A stretch of DNA of 64,000 nucleotides, from the NCBI GenBank assembly GCA_018396535.1, contig JAGTQC010000006.1:29047-93046 (forward strand). The letters are read 5' to 3'. The notes below the pieces were generated by a model. That model had not been told where the DNA came from. It ran no database searches and saw only the letters and a list, made by a program, of their open reading frames with translations. Shown piece by piece: positions 18,559-29,140 of this stretch. Position 1 is the first letter of the stretch, and the number at the start of each line of letters is the position of its first letter. This DNA is from Candidatus Bathyarchaeota archaeon (GTDB lineage: Archaea > Thermoproteota > CALKCG01 > B24 > DRYS01). Made by a program: the position numbers and the translations under genes.

Positions 18559-20265
18559 TCATATAGATGGGTTAACCCTTATAGGCGTAGATTCTATAAG
18601 CATATCCTCAGGTACAGGATAGTTGCTAAGCTTAATAGTATAGAATTCTTCGAATCTAGGTTTAACCTCCTTTAGAAGCTCACCGATCTTATCATCAGGA
18701 ACCCCTACATCAACCCATATACTACGCCCAGATATATCCTCTACAACCTCACCCTTAACAACTACTATACATCCACCCTTAATAGTGTAGGCAGCCCTTC
18801 TCAAAGCTCTCCTAACGATACGATAATCACTAGATGGATCCACCTTCCTAGGATCCAGATCGTATATAGCTATATCAGCATCAGCCCCCACACCTAGATG
18901 ACCCTTCCTCCTCAAACCTAGAAGCTTAGCTGGTGCAGCTCTAGTAACTATAGCTATATCGGTAAACGTATACTCTCTATCTATAGATGGGAGGACTGTA
19001 TATTTTAAAGCTCTACGATTAGCCTTCTCCATAACCCTACTCCTAGCTTTAGAACTCATAAGCCAAGATACGACTCTAGGATAAGCTGTGAACGGTCCAC
19101 CATTCGGATGATCTGTAGTAAGACATACCTTCCAAGGATCCCTTACTAACAGAGCTAACTCTAAACCTACAGCCCACTGTATCGTACCGACATAACTCCT
19201 ACGACTATATCTAACCGGGACGACGCCAGCACCAGTTTCAACCTCTACATCAGCATTAGCCCACTTACCCGCTAGCGATTGGAATAACCTGAATTCTAAC
19301 GGTCCATCACCGGTCATAGTAGTCGTATCCGTGAAGACAACCTGCCCTATATCTAGCGTTACATGATCGACAGAATTCACGTATTTAGCTATATACTCAG
19401 CTCCGGATCTAAGCGTAGTCCACGTAGATCCAGCATAACCTGAGAACTGGCAGTGGGTTATATGGATTAGAAATCTACCTCCACCGAAAGCCCTTCGTAT
19501 CGTATGAGCAGTTCTAAGGGTAACCCAGCAATTGTTAGGCATACCCAGCCTATTAACATGTACATGTATCGTATGGGGGAGGTTCAATATAGAATTCACT
19601 CTACATAAACCTTCCACGATCTCCCTAGGAGTTATACCGAAGTAAGGGACCTGCTCATCTAGATCGAATACATTCCCACCCCAACCCCATGCCTCTACAC
19701 CCCCAGGATTCACTATCTTAATACCATAACCTTTCGTAGCTTTCAGAAGCCATGCAGCATAGACTGCAGCATCCTCTATACGATCCTGACTTATGAAATC
19801 CATGATAAACCAGTTATTACCCATAACAGTTAAAGCTGCTTTATCGATTATAGGTATATCATTAAGCTCCTCCCATGTATGCTTCTGTTTAAGTGGAGGT
19901 GAAGCTGCTTCGAAAACCGTAGTATAACCCATCCTAGCATATCTATAACCTGTAACCTTAGTAGAAGGTACACTATGACCTACACCAGAATACGTAGTAG
20001 CAGTCCTAGGTTCATAACTCCTCCTATGATCCTCAGGTCTCAGTAATCTACCTATATTGGATTTAGATCCAGCTATATGGCTATGGATATCCACGCCTCC
20101 AGGCATCACTAGCATACCTGATGCATCTATAATCTTAGCCCCCCTCTCATCGATATCCTCGACTATAACACCATCCTTAACAGCTATATCCATAACCTCC
20201 CCTTCGATATTGTTCATAGGGTCATAAACTATACCGTTACGTATAAGTATAGGCTTACCCATCAC
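18559..20265 (-). CDS. fwdA: Formylmethanofuran dehydrogenase subunit A
   Basis: GGVDIHSH, KIVNPGG, TTMT.DGP, TTDHPNGGPF, KGHLGVGADAD. Confidence 0.96.
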   Translation of the reverse strand: MMGKPILIRNGIVYDPMNNIEGEVMDIAVKDGVIVEDIDERGAKIIDASGMLVMPGGVDIHSHIAGSKSNIGRLLRPEDHRRSYEPRTATTYSGVGHSVPSTKVTGYRYARMGYTTVFEAASPPLKQKHTWEELNDIPIIDKAALTVMGNNWFIMDFISQDRIEDAAVYAAWLLKATKGYGIKIVNPGGVEAWGWGGNVFDLDEQVPYFGITPREIVEGLCRVNSILNLPHTIHVHVNRLGMPNNCWVTLRTAHTIRRAFGGGRFLIHITHCQFSGYAGSTWTTLRSGAEYIAKYVNSVDHVTLDIGQVVFTDTTTMTGDGPLEFRLFQSLAGKWANADVEVETGAGVVPVRYSRRSYVGTIQWAVGLELALLVRDPWKVCLTTDHPNGGPFTAYPRVVSWLMSSKARSRVMEKANRRALKYTVLPSIDREYTFTDIAIVTRAAPAKLLGLRRKGHLGVGADADIAIYDLDPRKVDPSSDYRIVRRALRRAAYTIKGGCIVVVKGEVVEDISGRSIWVDVGVPDDKIGELLKEVKPRFEEFYTIKLSNYPVPEDMLIESTPIRVNPSI

Positions 20266-21590
20266 ATCCTACCCCCCACCCTCTCGAGTATCATTTTCAA
20301 AACATCTACATCTGATAGTATACCTTGAGGTGGATCCACTATCTTTTTCGCTCTAAGCGGTACAGTATCCATACGGTATACAGACCCCTCAACCTCTATA
20401 CCAGTATATGCCACGGGTATAGCTACATCAGATATGTATACGGTAGGAGTTATCTTAGGATCTAAAGCTACTACAGGTATATTATTCAAATGCTCGACAG
20501 CACGTCTAGGTAGATGCGAAACAGGGTCGGATGCTACGACGAAGAATAGATCACACTCACCTCTACGAAGTATATCCACAGCAGTAGTCTCACCTGGAAG
20601 ATACCTTGGATAGCCCTGACTAAAATCTACACTTACAGGATAACCAGTCCTCCATGTGAAAACCTCGTTAGCTCCTGTAACATTGAAGTGTCCACGCATA
20701 GGTATCAAGACAAACTTCGTCTTGAAATTAAGATACCTAACTAGCTCTATAGCAGCTTCCACATTCTTATCCTTACCCCTACTCATAGTTAAACCAGTAC
20801 CGAAGAATAGTACACCGAATCTAGCTTCCACCATCATATCCGCTAACTCCTCAAGCTTAGAGACAGCTACCCCTCCCACTTCGTCAACCTCTAGATCTAG
20901 ATCTCTAACAAGCATCTTCAACGCAGATAATACCTCATAATCATAGCCTGGCTTTATCTCTATGAATAAATCCGCTACCCTAGCTGTCGGAGTCCTTCTA
21001 ACATCTACTACGACAACCTTACGCATCCTCCTACCCTCTATAAACCTACCCCTAGCATATACACTATACCTAGCCATATGTCTAGGATGAGCCTCAACAG
21101 GGTTACATCCCCAATAGATTATCAAGTCAGCTCTATTCTTAATCTGACCTAGGGTCGCTGTTATCAACCCCAACTCCTGACCTGCGAGTATGGTAGGCCC
21201 ATGGCAGACTATACTCGTATTATCCACAGCTCCTCCAAGAGCTTCAGCTAAATCTAAACCTAGGAGTATAGCTTCACAGGATGTGCAAGCCCAGCCGTAG
21301 AATAGAGGATAACAACTATTCTTCAACAGATCTACTACAACATCTACAGCTTCACTAAGCGAAACATCCTTAGCCGAGGTAGATCTACCTATTTTAGGCT
21401 TTAGAAGCCTATTCTCATTCATATGTAGAAATTTCGATAAACCTAGAGCACAGGCATTCCTAACATCGACTATCCTATTACCTTTAACAGATACGATAAG
21501 ATCATCACAACAACATCCACAGAACGTACAGACAACATCCTCAACCGTACGCTCGACAGCTTCCTCCTCTATAATCGAAGATGCGATCAT
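20262..21590 (-). CDS. fwdB: Formylmethanofuran dehydrogenase subunit B (Cys form)
   Basis: CTFCGCCCDD, VCHGP, KNRAD, HPRH, MRGH.NV, YRMD. Confidence 0.95.
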   Translation of the reverse strand: MIASSIIEEEAVERTVEDVVCTFCGCCCDDLIVSVKGNRIVDVRNACALGLSKFLHMNENRLLKPKIGRSTSAKDVSLSEAVDVVVDLLKNSCYPLFYGWACTSCEAILLGLDLAEALGGAVDNTSIVCHGPTILAGQELGLITATLGQIKNRADLIIYWGCNPVEAHPRHMARYSVYARGRFIEGRRMRKVVVVDVRRTPTARVADLFIEIKPGYDYEVLSALKMLVRDLDLEVDEVGGVAVSKLEELADMMVEARFGVLFFGTGLTMSRGKDKNVEAAIELVRYLNFKTKFVLIPMRGHFNVTGANEVFTWRTGYPVSVDFSQGYPRYLPGETTAVDILRRGECDLFFVVASDPVSHLPRRAVEHLNNIPVVALDPKITPTVYISDVAIPVAYTGIEVEGSVYRMDTVPLRAKKIVDPPQGILSDVDVLKMILERVGGRM

Positions 21591-21593
21591 AAC

Positions 21594-21995
21594 CTATCGC
21601 ACACCTCCTATAGATTCGATTAAAGATCTAACATCCGATACACGTTTATTCGAAGGGGTGACGAACACCTCTAACCCCTTAGATCTAGGAATACCAGTAC
21701 CCTCCGTATCCGGAGGTATAAGTGTATTAACAGCTATACCATACGGTATGAAGAGAACACCTCTAGGAATATCCGATGATGATTTAACTTGAACAGTTAT
21801 AGATCCATACGGTGATACGATATCTATGTAACCGCCGTTAGGTACACCTATAACCTCTATATCAGCGGGGTTCATCTCACAAGTAGTTATAGCTTCACTA
21901 TACTCGTCGAAGAATTTACTAACATCCTTAGATACCCCCTGCTTAACACTCCTACCAGTTATCAATACAACCTTCAACCTACCCTTACCACTCAT
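21594..21995 (-). CDS. fwdD: Formylmethanofuran dehydrogenase subunit D
   Basis: LITGRS..QG, FIP.G...N, T.GTG.P..KG. Confidence 0.92.
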   Translation of the reverse strand: MSGKGRLKVVLITGRSVKQGVSKDVSKFFDEYSEAITTCEMNPADIEVIGVPNGGYIDIVSPYGSITVQVKSSSDIPRGVLFIPYGIAVNTLIPPDTEGTGIPRSKGLEVFVTPSNKRVSDVRSLIESIGGVR

Positions 21996-22063
21996 ATTAT
22001 TCTAACCCCTCGACGGTGAATTACATACTAATAACAGCATATATTTAGGTTTCCTCGCTAAAT

Positions 22064-22588
22064 CTATAGAAGGTTTATCATAGAGTTATCCACATGCATA
22101 TACACTATTTCCCCGAGATATAGTGTATGGAAGTCATCTGAAGGATAGGCTATAACCATAACATCCCTAGGAATTTTATCTCTATCAAGCTTGAATCTAT
22201 AACGTACTATACACTCATATACTATAGGACAGCCGTGAATCACAGGTGCATCAACCTTAACACCTCTAGAAGCTTTAATCTTAAGCTCACTTAGCTTATC
22301 ATGCTCTCTACCAGAAACCGAGCCACAATATGAAGCTATATGCTCCATACCCTTAGGAAGAACGTTCACCGTAAATACGTTCGTCTCCTCTATAAGTCTA
22401 TGCGTATACCTACTAGGTCTAACAGCTACTATAAAGCATGGCTTACGCCATATAATACCTAGAAACCCCCATCCTATCGTCATAAGATTGTATGCTCCAC
22501 CCTTAGATACGGATCCTAGGAGCAAACCCTCACCATATAGATGATTATACACTTTATCCGTATATCTGAATACATCCTCTAGGATCAT
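22064..22588 (-). CDS. Flavin reductase-like FMN-binding protein
   Basis: N.MTIGWG, VRPSRYT, CGS.SGR..DK, H.LY.GEI. Confidence 0.88.
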   Translation of the reverse strand: MILEDVFRYTDKVYNHLYGEGLLLGSVSKGGAYNLMTIGWGFLGIIWRKPCFIVAVRPSRYTHRLIEETNVFTVNVLPKGMEHIASYCGSVSGREHDKLSELKIKASRGVKVDAPVIHGCPIVYECIVRYRFKLDRDKIPRDVMVIAYPSDDFHTLYLGEIVYMHVDNSMINLL

Positions 22589-22620
22589 CGAAAATGAGGT
22601 ATAATAGAAGATATTTAAGC

Positions 22621-23505
22621 TTAAACTACGAATAACTTCGCAATATTAGATTTAATCGGTACACCCAGTATACGAGCGATAGGTGTACACTTAGCTTGTA
22701 GTAGACATACTATAGGTTTACCATAAACTTTCACATCATCTAGAGTCTCCAAGTTAGCCATACCCTTCATGAATATGATATCAGACTCCTCGATCCTTTT
22801 TAAAACATCCATCGGCAATTCACTAATTATCAATCCGGATGTACCAGGTATAGCTGGTATAACATCGGATGCTACCTCATGTATACCAGCTTCTAATGCA
22901 TCACTAAGCATAGCATCATTCTGATAAGGCTCGCTTTTAACTAGAACCACAGTTCTCCAACCCATATTCTCTAACATCTCGATCAATATCCGATCGAAAA
23001 CTATCTCACCCGCATTATCACATACATAGAGTACTCTACCCCTACGCTTACATAGTAGATCGAATACAGTATACGTATCGTCTACAGTCAGCTCAGATTC
23101 AGATATAGACTCCACAAGATTATCTAGAGAAAATCTATGTTCAGCCGCCCCCACATCGATCGTATTACCTATCACGGTAGCTATGCAAGCTCTACGAAAG
23201 CGTTGATGCATATCATCCACTGAGTAGATCCAATCCTCAACTATAGGTCTAAGCTTAGAAGCTACCTTATCGGCAAGCTTCTTCTCTAACGCATACGGAT
23301 CATCTACACCTGTAAGCCTACGAACTAGACGGAATAGCTTAGTAGCTATAACCGGGACACTCTCATTGCTAGATAAAAGTCTAGATAACTCATCCAATAA
23401 ACGCTCTAAGCTTATACGCTTCCCGTCTAGGCTTAGGTTAGATGATAGTACCTCCCTACCCCTAACGCTTATCAAGCAGAGTATACACTCTGGATGAGGC
23501 TTCAA
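22621..23505 (-). CDS. DUF89/ARMT1-like damage-control phosphatase
   Basis: C..C, DPY..EK, GN.ID, DNAGEI.FD, NDA, KGMAN.E, KC. Confidence 0.9.
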   Translation of the reverse strand: MKPHPECILCLISVRGREVLSSNLSLDGKRISLERLLDELSRLLSSNESVPVIATKLFRLVRRLTGVDDPYALEKKLADKVASKLRPIVEDWIYSVDDMHQRFRRACIATVIGNTIDVGAAEHRFSLDNLVESISESELTVDDTYTVFDLLCKRRGRVLYVCDNAGEIVFDRILIEMLENMGWRTVVLVKSEPYQNDAMLSDALEAGIHEVASDVIPAIPGTSGLIISELPMDVLKRIEESDIIFMKGMANLETLDDVKVYGKPIVCLLQAKCTPIARILGVPIKSNIAKLFVV

Positions 23506-23567
23506 CCCAGCTAGCCCAGATAGGGCTTAACCTCTTACTAATAAATGTTATATGGCTGAACAAGAGG

Positions 23568-24245
23568 TTACCATACATATATCATCCATGGTGCATAAAC
23601 ATTAGCTATCAAAAGTATGATTAGTGATACTAGAGGTATCGATACATTATCATCTATGAATTTAAACTCGAAATGCTCTACGATAGAGGCTGCAACCCCA
23701 GCTATAGCTCCAGCTAACCCTAGTATAGCACCTAACGGTATAGATAGAATAGCCATAGCTAGATTACCCCACCAGGATTTAGTCCTCCTACCATATAGCT
23801 TATTCCTAACTATACCAGTGACAGCATCCCCGATAGACATGAATAGAACAGGTAGGATACCTATCCAGAAGTTTCCATTCGAAAGAAGCCAGCCTACAGA
23901 TATCACTACACCCCACATTATACAGAAGGATGTTTCATAGGAGTTTTCCTCAACCTGAAACCAGTACATGAGTCTGCCAACCCTATGCGGTATATATGTT
24001 AGGAGAGCTAACGCTAAAGCAAATATGAAAGGTATTAGAGGGGTCCTGAATAGTATCGGTACAGATATAGCGCATAACCCTCCAGCTAGAATATGTATAA
24101 TCTTACGGTTATAGTATATAGCCACGTTATGCTCCAAACCCCTAGAACGCATATAGACGTATAACCTTCTCGTAATGAATAAGACTAGGATTAAAACCCA
24201 TAGGAAAAGTATAGAGGCAGATAGAATCTCACTTAACTCTATCAT
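23568..24245 (-). CDS. Dolichol/phytol kinase family membrane protein
   Basis: RK.IH, GDA.TG.V, KS..G, DDN..IP. Confidence 0.85.
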   Translation of the reverse strand: MIELSEILSASILFLWVLILVLFITRRLYVYMRSRGLEHNVAIYYNRKIIHILAGGLCAISVPILFRTPLIPFIFALALALLTYIPHRVGRLMYWFQVEENSYETSFCIMWGVVISVGWLLSNGNFWIGILPVLFMSIGDAVTGIVRNKLYGRRTKSWWGNLAMAILSIPLGAILGLAGAIAGVAASIVEHFEFKFIDDNVSIPLVSLIILLIANVYAPWMIYVW

Positions 24246-24386
24246 ACTTGAGATAATGGTAGACCTGTAGGAATATAAATCTTACCATAGGCTATTGAAA
24301 TCGCTACCTCATTACATAAATTACTACACTATGCTATATATTAAGTCGAAGAGCTATTCATAGATGTATAGAGGCTCGATCAGCGT

Positions 24387-24800
24387 ATGCCTGCTAGGAT
24401 AAGGTTAGCTCATCCAGAACGATGTATAGGATGTATGAATTGTATATTCGCATGCTCTAGAGAACTCTACGGCGGGGCTATATCGTTATCTAAATCAGCT
24501 TTAAAAATATCGTATGACACCCCATCCAGGAAGTTTATAGTATCTATATGCCCTGGCTGCGTAGATGCTCCATGTGTAAACGCATGCCCATACAAAGCTC
24601 TAGCTGAACAACCTGGAGGAGGACCTATACTAGTCAATCCAGAGAAATGCCGTTCATGTGAAACTAGGGATTGCATAAATGCATGCATATTAGCCGTATT
24701 ATTCTGGGATGATGAGCGTAAAACTCCTATAATATGCACCCAATGTGGTGAATGCGCTAAATACTGCCCCCACGAGGTTATAGTATATAGGGAGGTTTAA
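24387..24800 (+). CDS. 4Fe-4S dicluster ferredoxin-like subunit
   Basis: Multiple CxxCxxCxxxC motifs; upstream of AOR. Confidence 0.88.
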   Translation: MPARIRLAHPERCIGCMNCIFACSRELYGGAISLSKSALKISYDTPSRKFIVSICPGCVDAPCVNACPYKALAEQPGGGPILVNPEKCRSCETRDCINACILAVLFWDDERKTPIICTQCGECAKYCPHEVIVYREV

Positions 24801-24804
24801 CCAT

Positions 24805-26553
24805 ATGGAGGAGTATCTATCGAGGATCCTATACATAGATCTATCCTCGAAGAGAAGCTGGGTTGAAGATAGGAGTGAGCTCTTCGAGGATAGGATAGGG
24901 GGGCTCGGTGTAGCTGTTAAACTCTATTCCGAGATATGTAAACTAAACTCGGATCCCTTCGATCCTGAAAATCCACTAGTATTCACGGTAGGTCCGCTCA
25001 ACGGTCTATATCCATGCATATCTAAGACTGTAGCCGTCTTTAAATCACCCGTAACTGGTACTTATGGTGAGAGTCATGCTGGTGGGAGACTTTCTATGGC
25101 GATTAGGATGGCTGGATATGGAGCTATAGTGATACTAGGATACTCTGATAAACTTTTACTCATAGATATAGAAGATTCTAAGGTATGCTTTAGAGAGGCT
25201 AAATCCCTCCAGGGTCTTAGTAGCTTAGAAGTCGAGGAGAGGCTTAGAACCCATACTAGGGTTATGGAAAGCATAGTTAGTATAGGTTTAGCCGGGGAGA
25301 GGCTATGCTTCTACGCTTCGGCTAACGTCGATAGATACAACTATTTCGGTAGACTAGGTCTCGGAGCCATACTAGGATCCAAGAATATAAAGGCTTTAAG
25401 GATAAGGGGTAGCGGCTCGATTAAACCTAAAGACGCTGAGAGTTATAAGAAGCTATTCGAGAAGATATATAGAAGGATCGTAGAGACGGATGCTATGGCT
25501 AAATACCACTATACCGGGACACCAGCTAATATAATGGTTCTAAACGAGATAGGCGCCCTCCCGACTAGGAATTTTAGAGAATCTAGGTTTGAGCATGCAG
25601 AAGATATCTCAGGAGAGAGGGTGGGTGAGTTTCTACTCGAGAGGAAGGTTTCATGCCCTCTATGCCCTATAGGATGTATGCATATAGCTAAGCTTAGACT
25701 AGAATTCGCTAAAGGATACGAGTATGAGCCCATAGATATATACTACAACTACGAGTCTATGTATGCTCTAGGTACAAACCTAGGCTTAAAGAAGCCTGAA
25801 GATATACTGAAGCTAATATACACTGCTAACTTCTATGGATTCGATACGATGCTTTTAGGGAATATACTTGCATGGATGACGGAGGCGTACGAATCTGGGT
25901 TGATAAGCGACAGTGATACGAATGGTTTAAAACTTAGCTGGGGGGATATAGATTCGTATATAGAGGCTGTTAGACGTATCGCATATGGTGAAGGCAGCCT
26001 ATACGTATACGCTGCTCAAGGTCTAAAACAGCTAGTAGATATATATGGTGGGAGGGATTATGCTATGCAGATAGCTGGTAACGGTATACCAGGCTATCAT
26101 ACAGGATACGCTTCTATACTAGGCTTCCTAGTTGCTTCACGCCACTCCCACAATAGTAACGCAGGATACGATATAGATCAGCAGGCTTTGAAGAGGAAGC
26201 TTAACGATGAAGAGCTTATCGATAGGATCATAGAAGAGGAGGATTGGCGTAATATACTCGTAAGTCTAGTTGCATGTATGTTCGCTAGGAGGATATATAG
26301 CCCAGATGTAGTCGTAGATGCTCTTAGAACAGTAGGCTTCGAGTATAATCTAGATGATCTTATGGATGTAGGTAGGGATGTATATATCGAGATATACCGT
26401 ATTAAGTCTATCGAAGGATTTGATCCTAGGAAAATCTATATACCTAAAAGGCTATTCGAAACACCATCAGCTTCTGGGATACTATCCGAGGAAAGGTTTA
26501 GAAAGCTCCTAGACATGTATATGGAGAGGAGGTTCAAATCTTCCAGTATTTAG
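24805..26553 (+). CDS. Tungsten-dependent aldehyde:ferredoxin oxidoreductase family protein
   Basis: KSP.TG..GES..GG, GR.G.GA..GSK..KA, LPTRNF, C..CPIGC, YES. Confidence 0.92.
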   Translation: MEEYLSRILYIDLSSKRSWVEDRSELFEDRIGGLGVAVKLYSEICKLNSDPFDPENPLVFTVGPLNGLYPCISKTVAVFKSPVTGTYGESHAGGRLSMAIRMAGYGAIVILGYSDKLLLIDIEDSKVCFREAKSLQGLSSLEVEERLRTHTRVMESIVSIGLAGERLCFYASANVDRYNYFGRLGLGAILGSKNIKALRIRGSGSIKPKDAESYKKLFEKIYRRIVETDAMAKYHYTGTPANIMVLNEIGALPTRNFRESRFEHAEDISGERVGEFLLERKVSCPLCPIGCMHIAKLRLEFAKGYEYEPIDIYYNYESMYALGTNLGLKKPEDILKLIYTANFYGFDTMLLGNILAWMTEAYESGLISDSDTNGLKLSWGDIDSYIEAVRRIAYGEGSLYVYAAQGLKQLVDIYGGRDYAMQIAGNGIPGYHTGYASILGFLVASRHSHNSNAGYDIDQQALKRKLNDEELIDRIIEEEDWRNILVSLVACMFARRIYSPDVVVDALRTVGFEYNLDDLMDVGRDVYIEIYRIKSIEGFDPRKIYIPKRLFETPSASGILSEERFRKLLDMYMERRFKSSSI

Positions 26554-27943
26554 CTAGGAATGCTGGTATATCAGATGAATCCCTAGGCCCTACTAGCACC
26601 TCCCATCCTGTTAGATCTTCTAACTCCCCCTTAAGCCTAGCAGCTAAACCTGGTATGATTATCTTACGATGTGAAACCTTCTCTGAAACCCTATATTCCT
26701 TCATAGCCGAAGCAATCTTCTCAGCTGTAAGCTTACGTCCAGCTACGGATGATTCTACAGATAGCCCCTCGGTATCTACGACGAGGAGGTAGCAGTTAAG
26801 CCTAGCAGATTCTATATCCGATGCTACTGTGAAGTATGTTAAAGCGAAATTCGTAGTTACTAGTAGAGGCGATTTATCATTTGGGGAACCAAACTCTCTA
26901 AGCCCAGGTTCTACACTTACAGGTTTAACAGGATCGGTATACAAGTTCTCTCTAAGTATTAGATTTGGAAGAAGCTGCCATACATCGACTCCATGAATTA
27001 TAACGATATCCGCATACCTTGTTATCATCATAGCTGTCAATACAGCCTCCATCCACTTAGCTTCTTCAGGCTTATCTTTAAACTCTTCATCAACCCATAC
27101 AACGGCAGGTATAGCTAAGATCGGGTAGCCAGATAACCTATCACCCTGCCTACATGCAAGCCATCTCAGGATGGTGAAGCTGTTCACGGTATAAGCTAAA
27201 CCATCACCTATAAACGTACCTGGATCTAACACTATATCGTCTAAACCCTCGCTATTGAGAGCTTTAACTAAACCTCTAAGCTTAGATAAATCCCCAGGAG
27301 CTGATGCAACTACAGGACATCTATACATCTTAGCTAATTCAGCTATATCACGCCAGTTACCCTCTGTAGCAGCGTAGATTAGAGGCCTCCTATCTCTTAT
27401 CCTTAGTAGCGCGGCTTCTAAAACCTCTGGATCAAGGCTACAAAGCACTATAGGTAGATCTGTAAGCTTAGATATCTTAGAAGCTAGGTCCTGGAACCTA
27501 GATGGATCGCCAGATCTACATCTTAAAGCTAACGCGTTAAGCTTAAGCTCCCGCCCTATGTAAGTATACTTGAAATTTTCGATAAACCTCACCCTAGACT
27601 CTAGCTCTGCTTCACCGATATCATCCCAAACATCGATTGCTAGGATAGTCGGATTCATATACCTAAGCTCATGCCTGTGTAGTACGAGTTTACCCCCGAC
27701 TACAGCCTCCCTACCTGGAGGACCAAACCTCACTTCTATAACCGGAGGTCTTAGAATCTCCCTAAGCTGAGCTAAACTATCCCTATACTTCTCCTCCTCG
27801 AATAGAGGTCTACACTCTTCGAGCTTAGCCGTCCTCTCTACCAATTTAGCTGCGAAACCTAGACAGGTAGATATCCCGCATTTACCACAATTAAGTCTAG
27901 GTAGAAGTTTATATATATCCATAGGGCTTATCTTCTTAGCCAT
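26534..27943 (-). CDS. cdhE: ACDS gamma subunit (corrinoid Fe-S protein large subunit)
   Basis: NCG.CG..TC..FA...C, YTDP.KP, TTNFALTYF.V..D, GLSV, GP.DSS. Confidence 0.95.
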   Translation of the reverse strand: MAKKISPMDIYKLLPRLNCGKCGISTCLGFAAKLVERTAKLEECRPLFEEEKYRDSLAQLREILRPPVIEVRFGPPGREAVVGGKLVLHRHELRYMNPTILAIDVWDDIGEAELESRVRFIENFKYTYIGRELKLNALALRCRSGDPSRFQDLASKISKLTDLPIVLCSLDPEVLEAALLRIRDRRPLIYAATEGNWRDIAELAKMYRCPVVASAPGDLSKLRGLVKALNSEGLDDIVLDPGTFIGDGLAYTVNSFTILRWLACRQGDRLSGYPILAIPAVVWVDEEFKDKPEEAKWMEAVLTAMMITRYADIVIIHGVDVWQLLPNLILRENLYTDPVKPVSVEPGLREFGSPNDKSPLLVTTNFALTYFTVASDIESARLNCYLLVVDTEGLSVESSVAGRKLTAEKIASAMKEYRVSEKVSHRKIIIPGLAARLKGELEDLTGWEVLVGPRDSSDIPAFLAKYWKI

Positions 27944-29140
27944 CTATATACCTCCCAGCCAGTCTGGTATTCCCCCAACCGGCTTATCCCATCTACCGTA
28001 GAGCCATGATATAACCTGTTTGACAGTCTTTATCGCTAATGGATGCATCATTATGAATAGATCGCATCCAGCTAGGAGGAGTGTTAAAGCTGTAACAGTC
28101 TCCCATAGAGGACCTCTGACCTCCCTAGGTCCGAGTTCAGGTATCTTAAGCCATGCTTCACGTGCACCCCAAGCATTACTCGTACCAGATAGGATGGGTA
28201 GAGCTAATTCACTATCACCCATAAGACCTGCTATACGTATACGCTCCATAACGGAGAATGCATACTCTATACCATAGCCTAATGGAGCTGATGTTGGATC
28301 GATAACTATACGTTCAGGTGGGAGTATCTGTAGTATAGCTCTATCTAGATCTCTCTGAAGGTTTAGATCTAGAGATGCCCATGCTACTACGTTGTGGCCG
28401 TAACGTTTAGCTGCCTCAGCTATAGGCTTAAACCTATCCTCAGGTGAGGGTATGGAGCTTAGGAGGAGCCTCTCACCTTCGAAGGTAGCTGCAATCTCTA
28501 CTAGAAGCTCTACATCCTTAACAGGATCCCCTGACCCCCCGACCATGATAGGGGAATCGACGGCTTGAAGGATATTCTCAACAGTCTTCACAGCCTCTCT
28601 AATAGGTGTATCCTTTATCGATGGATCAGTACTAGTTAACTCTATGGTAACCATATCCGCGGCGAACTTATCTACATATAGCTTAGCCCATTCAGCAGGA
28701 TCATCCATAGCGTCACCGAACGCATCTCTTAAAGGCTTAGGTAGGGGTAGCTTCCAATCGAATACATCCCCGGAAACCACGGGTGGATTAGGATTTACGG
28801 CTGAGAAACTATAGAAGGGCATGGTAACCTCTCCACCTATAACTATAACCCTACTCCTAGATCCACCTTCAGATTTGGTAGCGCCTATCCTAACCTCAGA
28901 TATACGATTTGTAAAAGCCACCTCCGGTTTAGGAAGCTCCTCTACAAGTTCTACAACCCTAGCTTCCGGCTTAACCGCCTCCATTATAGGTCTAATTATC
29001 GGAGTAACACCCGTCACATCTAGTTGAAGCTCCGAAGCCTCTAGACTAAAATCTTCGAATTCTATCTCCTCAGATTCTGATAGAAGCTTTAAAAGCCATT
29101 CTAGAAAAGACTCTCCTATATCCCTCCTACGCATACTCAA
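27944..29140 (-). CDS. cdhD: ACDS delta subunit (CoFeSP small subunit)
   Basis: GAT..EGGSR, DP.EWA, DPT...LGYGIEY, NAWGAREAW, MMHP. Confidence 0.95.
   Translation of the reverse strand: MSMRRRDIGESFLEWLLKLLSESEEIEFEDFSLEASELQLDVTGVTPIIRPIMEAVKPEARVVELVEELPKPEVAFTNRISEVRIGATKSEGGSRSRVIVIGGEVTMPFYSFSAVNPNPPVVSGDVFDWKLPLPKPLRDAFGDAMDDPAEWAKLYVDKFAADMVTIELTSTDPSIKDTPIREAVKTVENILQAVDSPIMVGGSGDPVKDVELLVEIAATFEGERLLLSSIPSPEDRFKPIAEAAKRYGHNVVAWASLDLNLQRDLDRAILQILPPERIVIDPTSAPLGYGIEYAFSVMERIRIAGLMGDSELALPILSGTSNAWGAREAWLKIPELGPREVRGPLWETVTALTLLLAGCDLFIMMHPLAIKTVKQVISWLYGRWDKPVGGIPDWLGGI

Noticed and set aside
20262-21590. Selenocysteine FwdB
   Set aside because: The active-site position is Cys (VCHGP) in an open frame.
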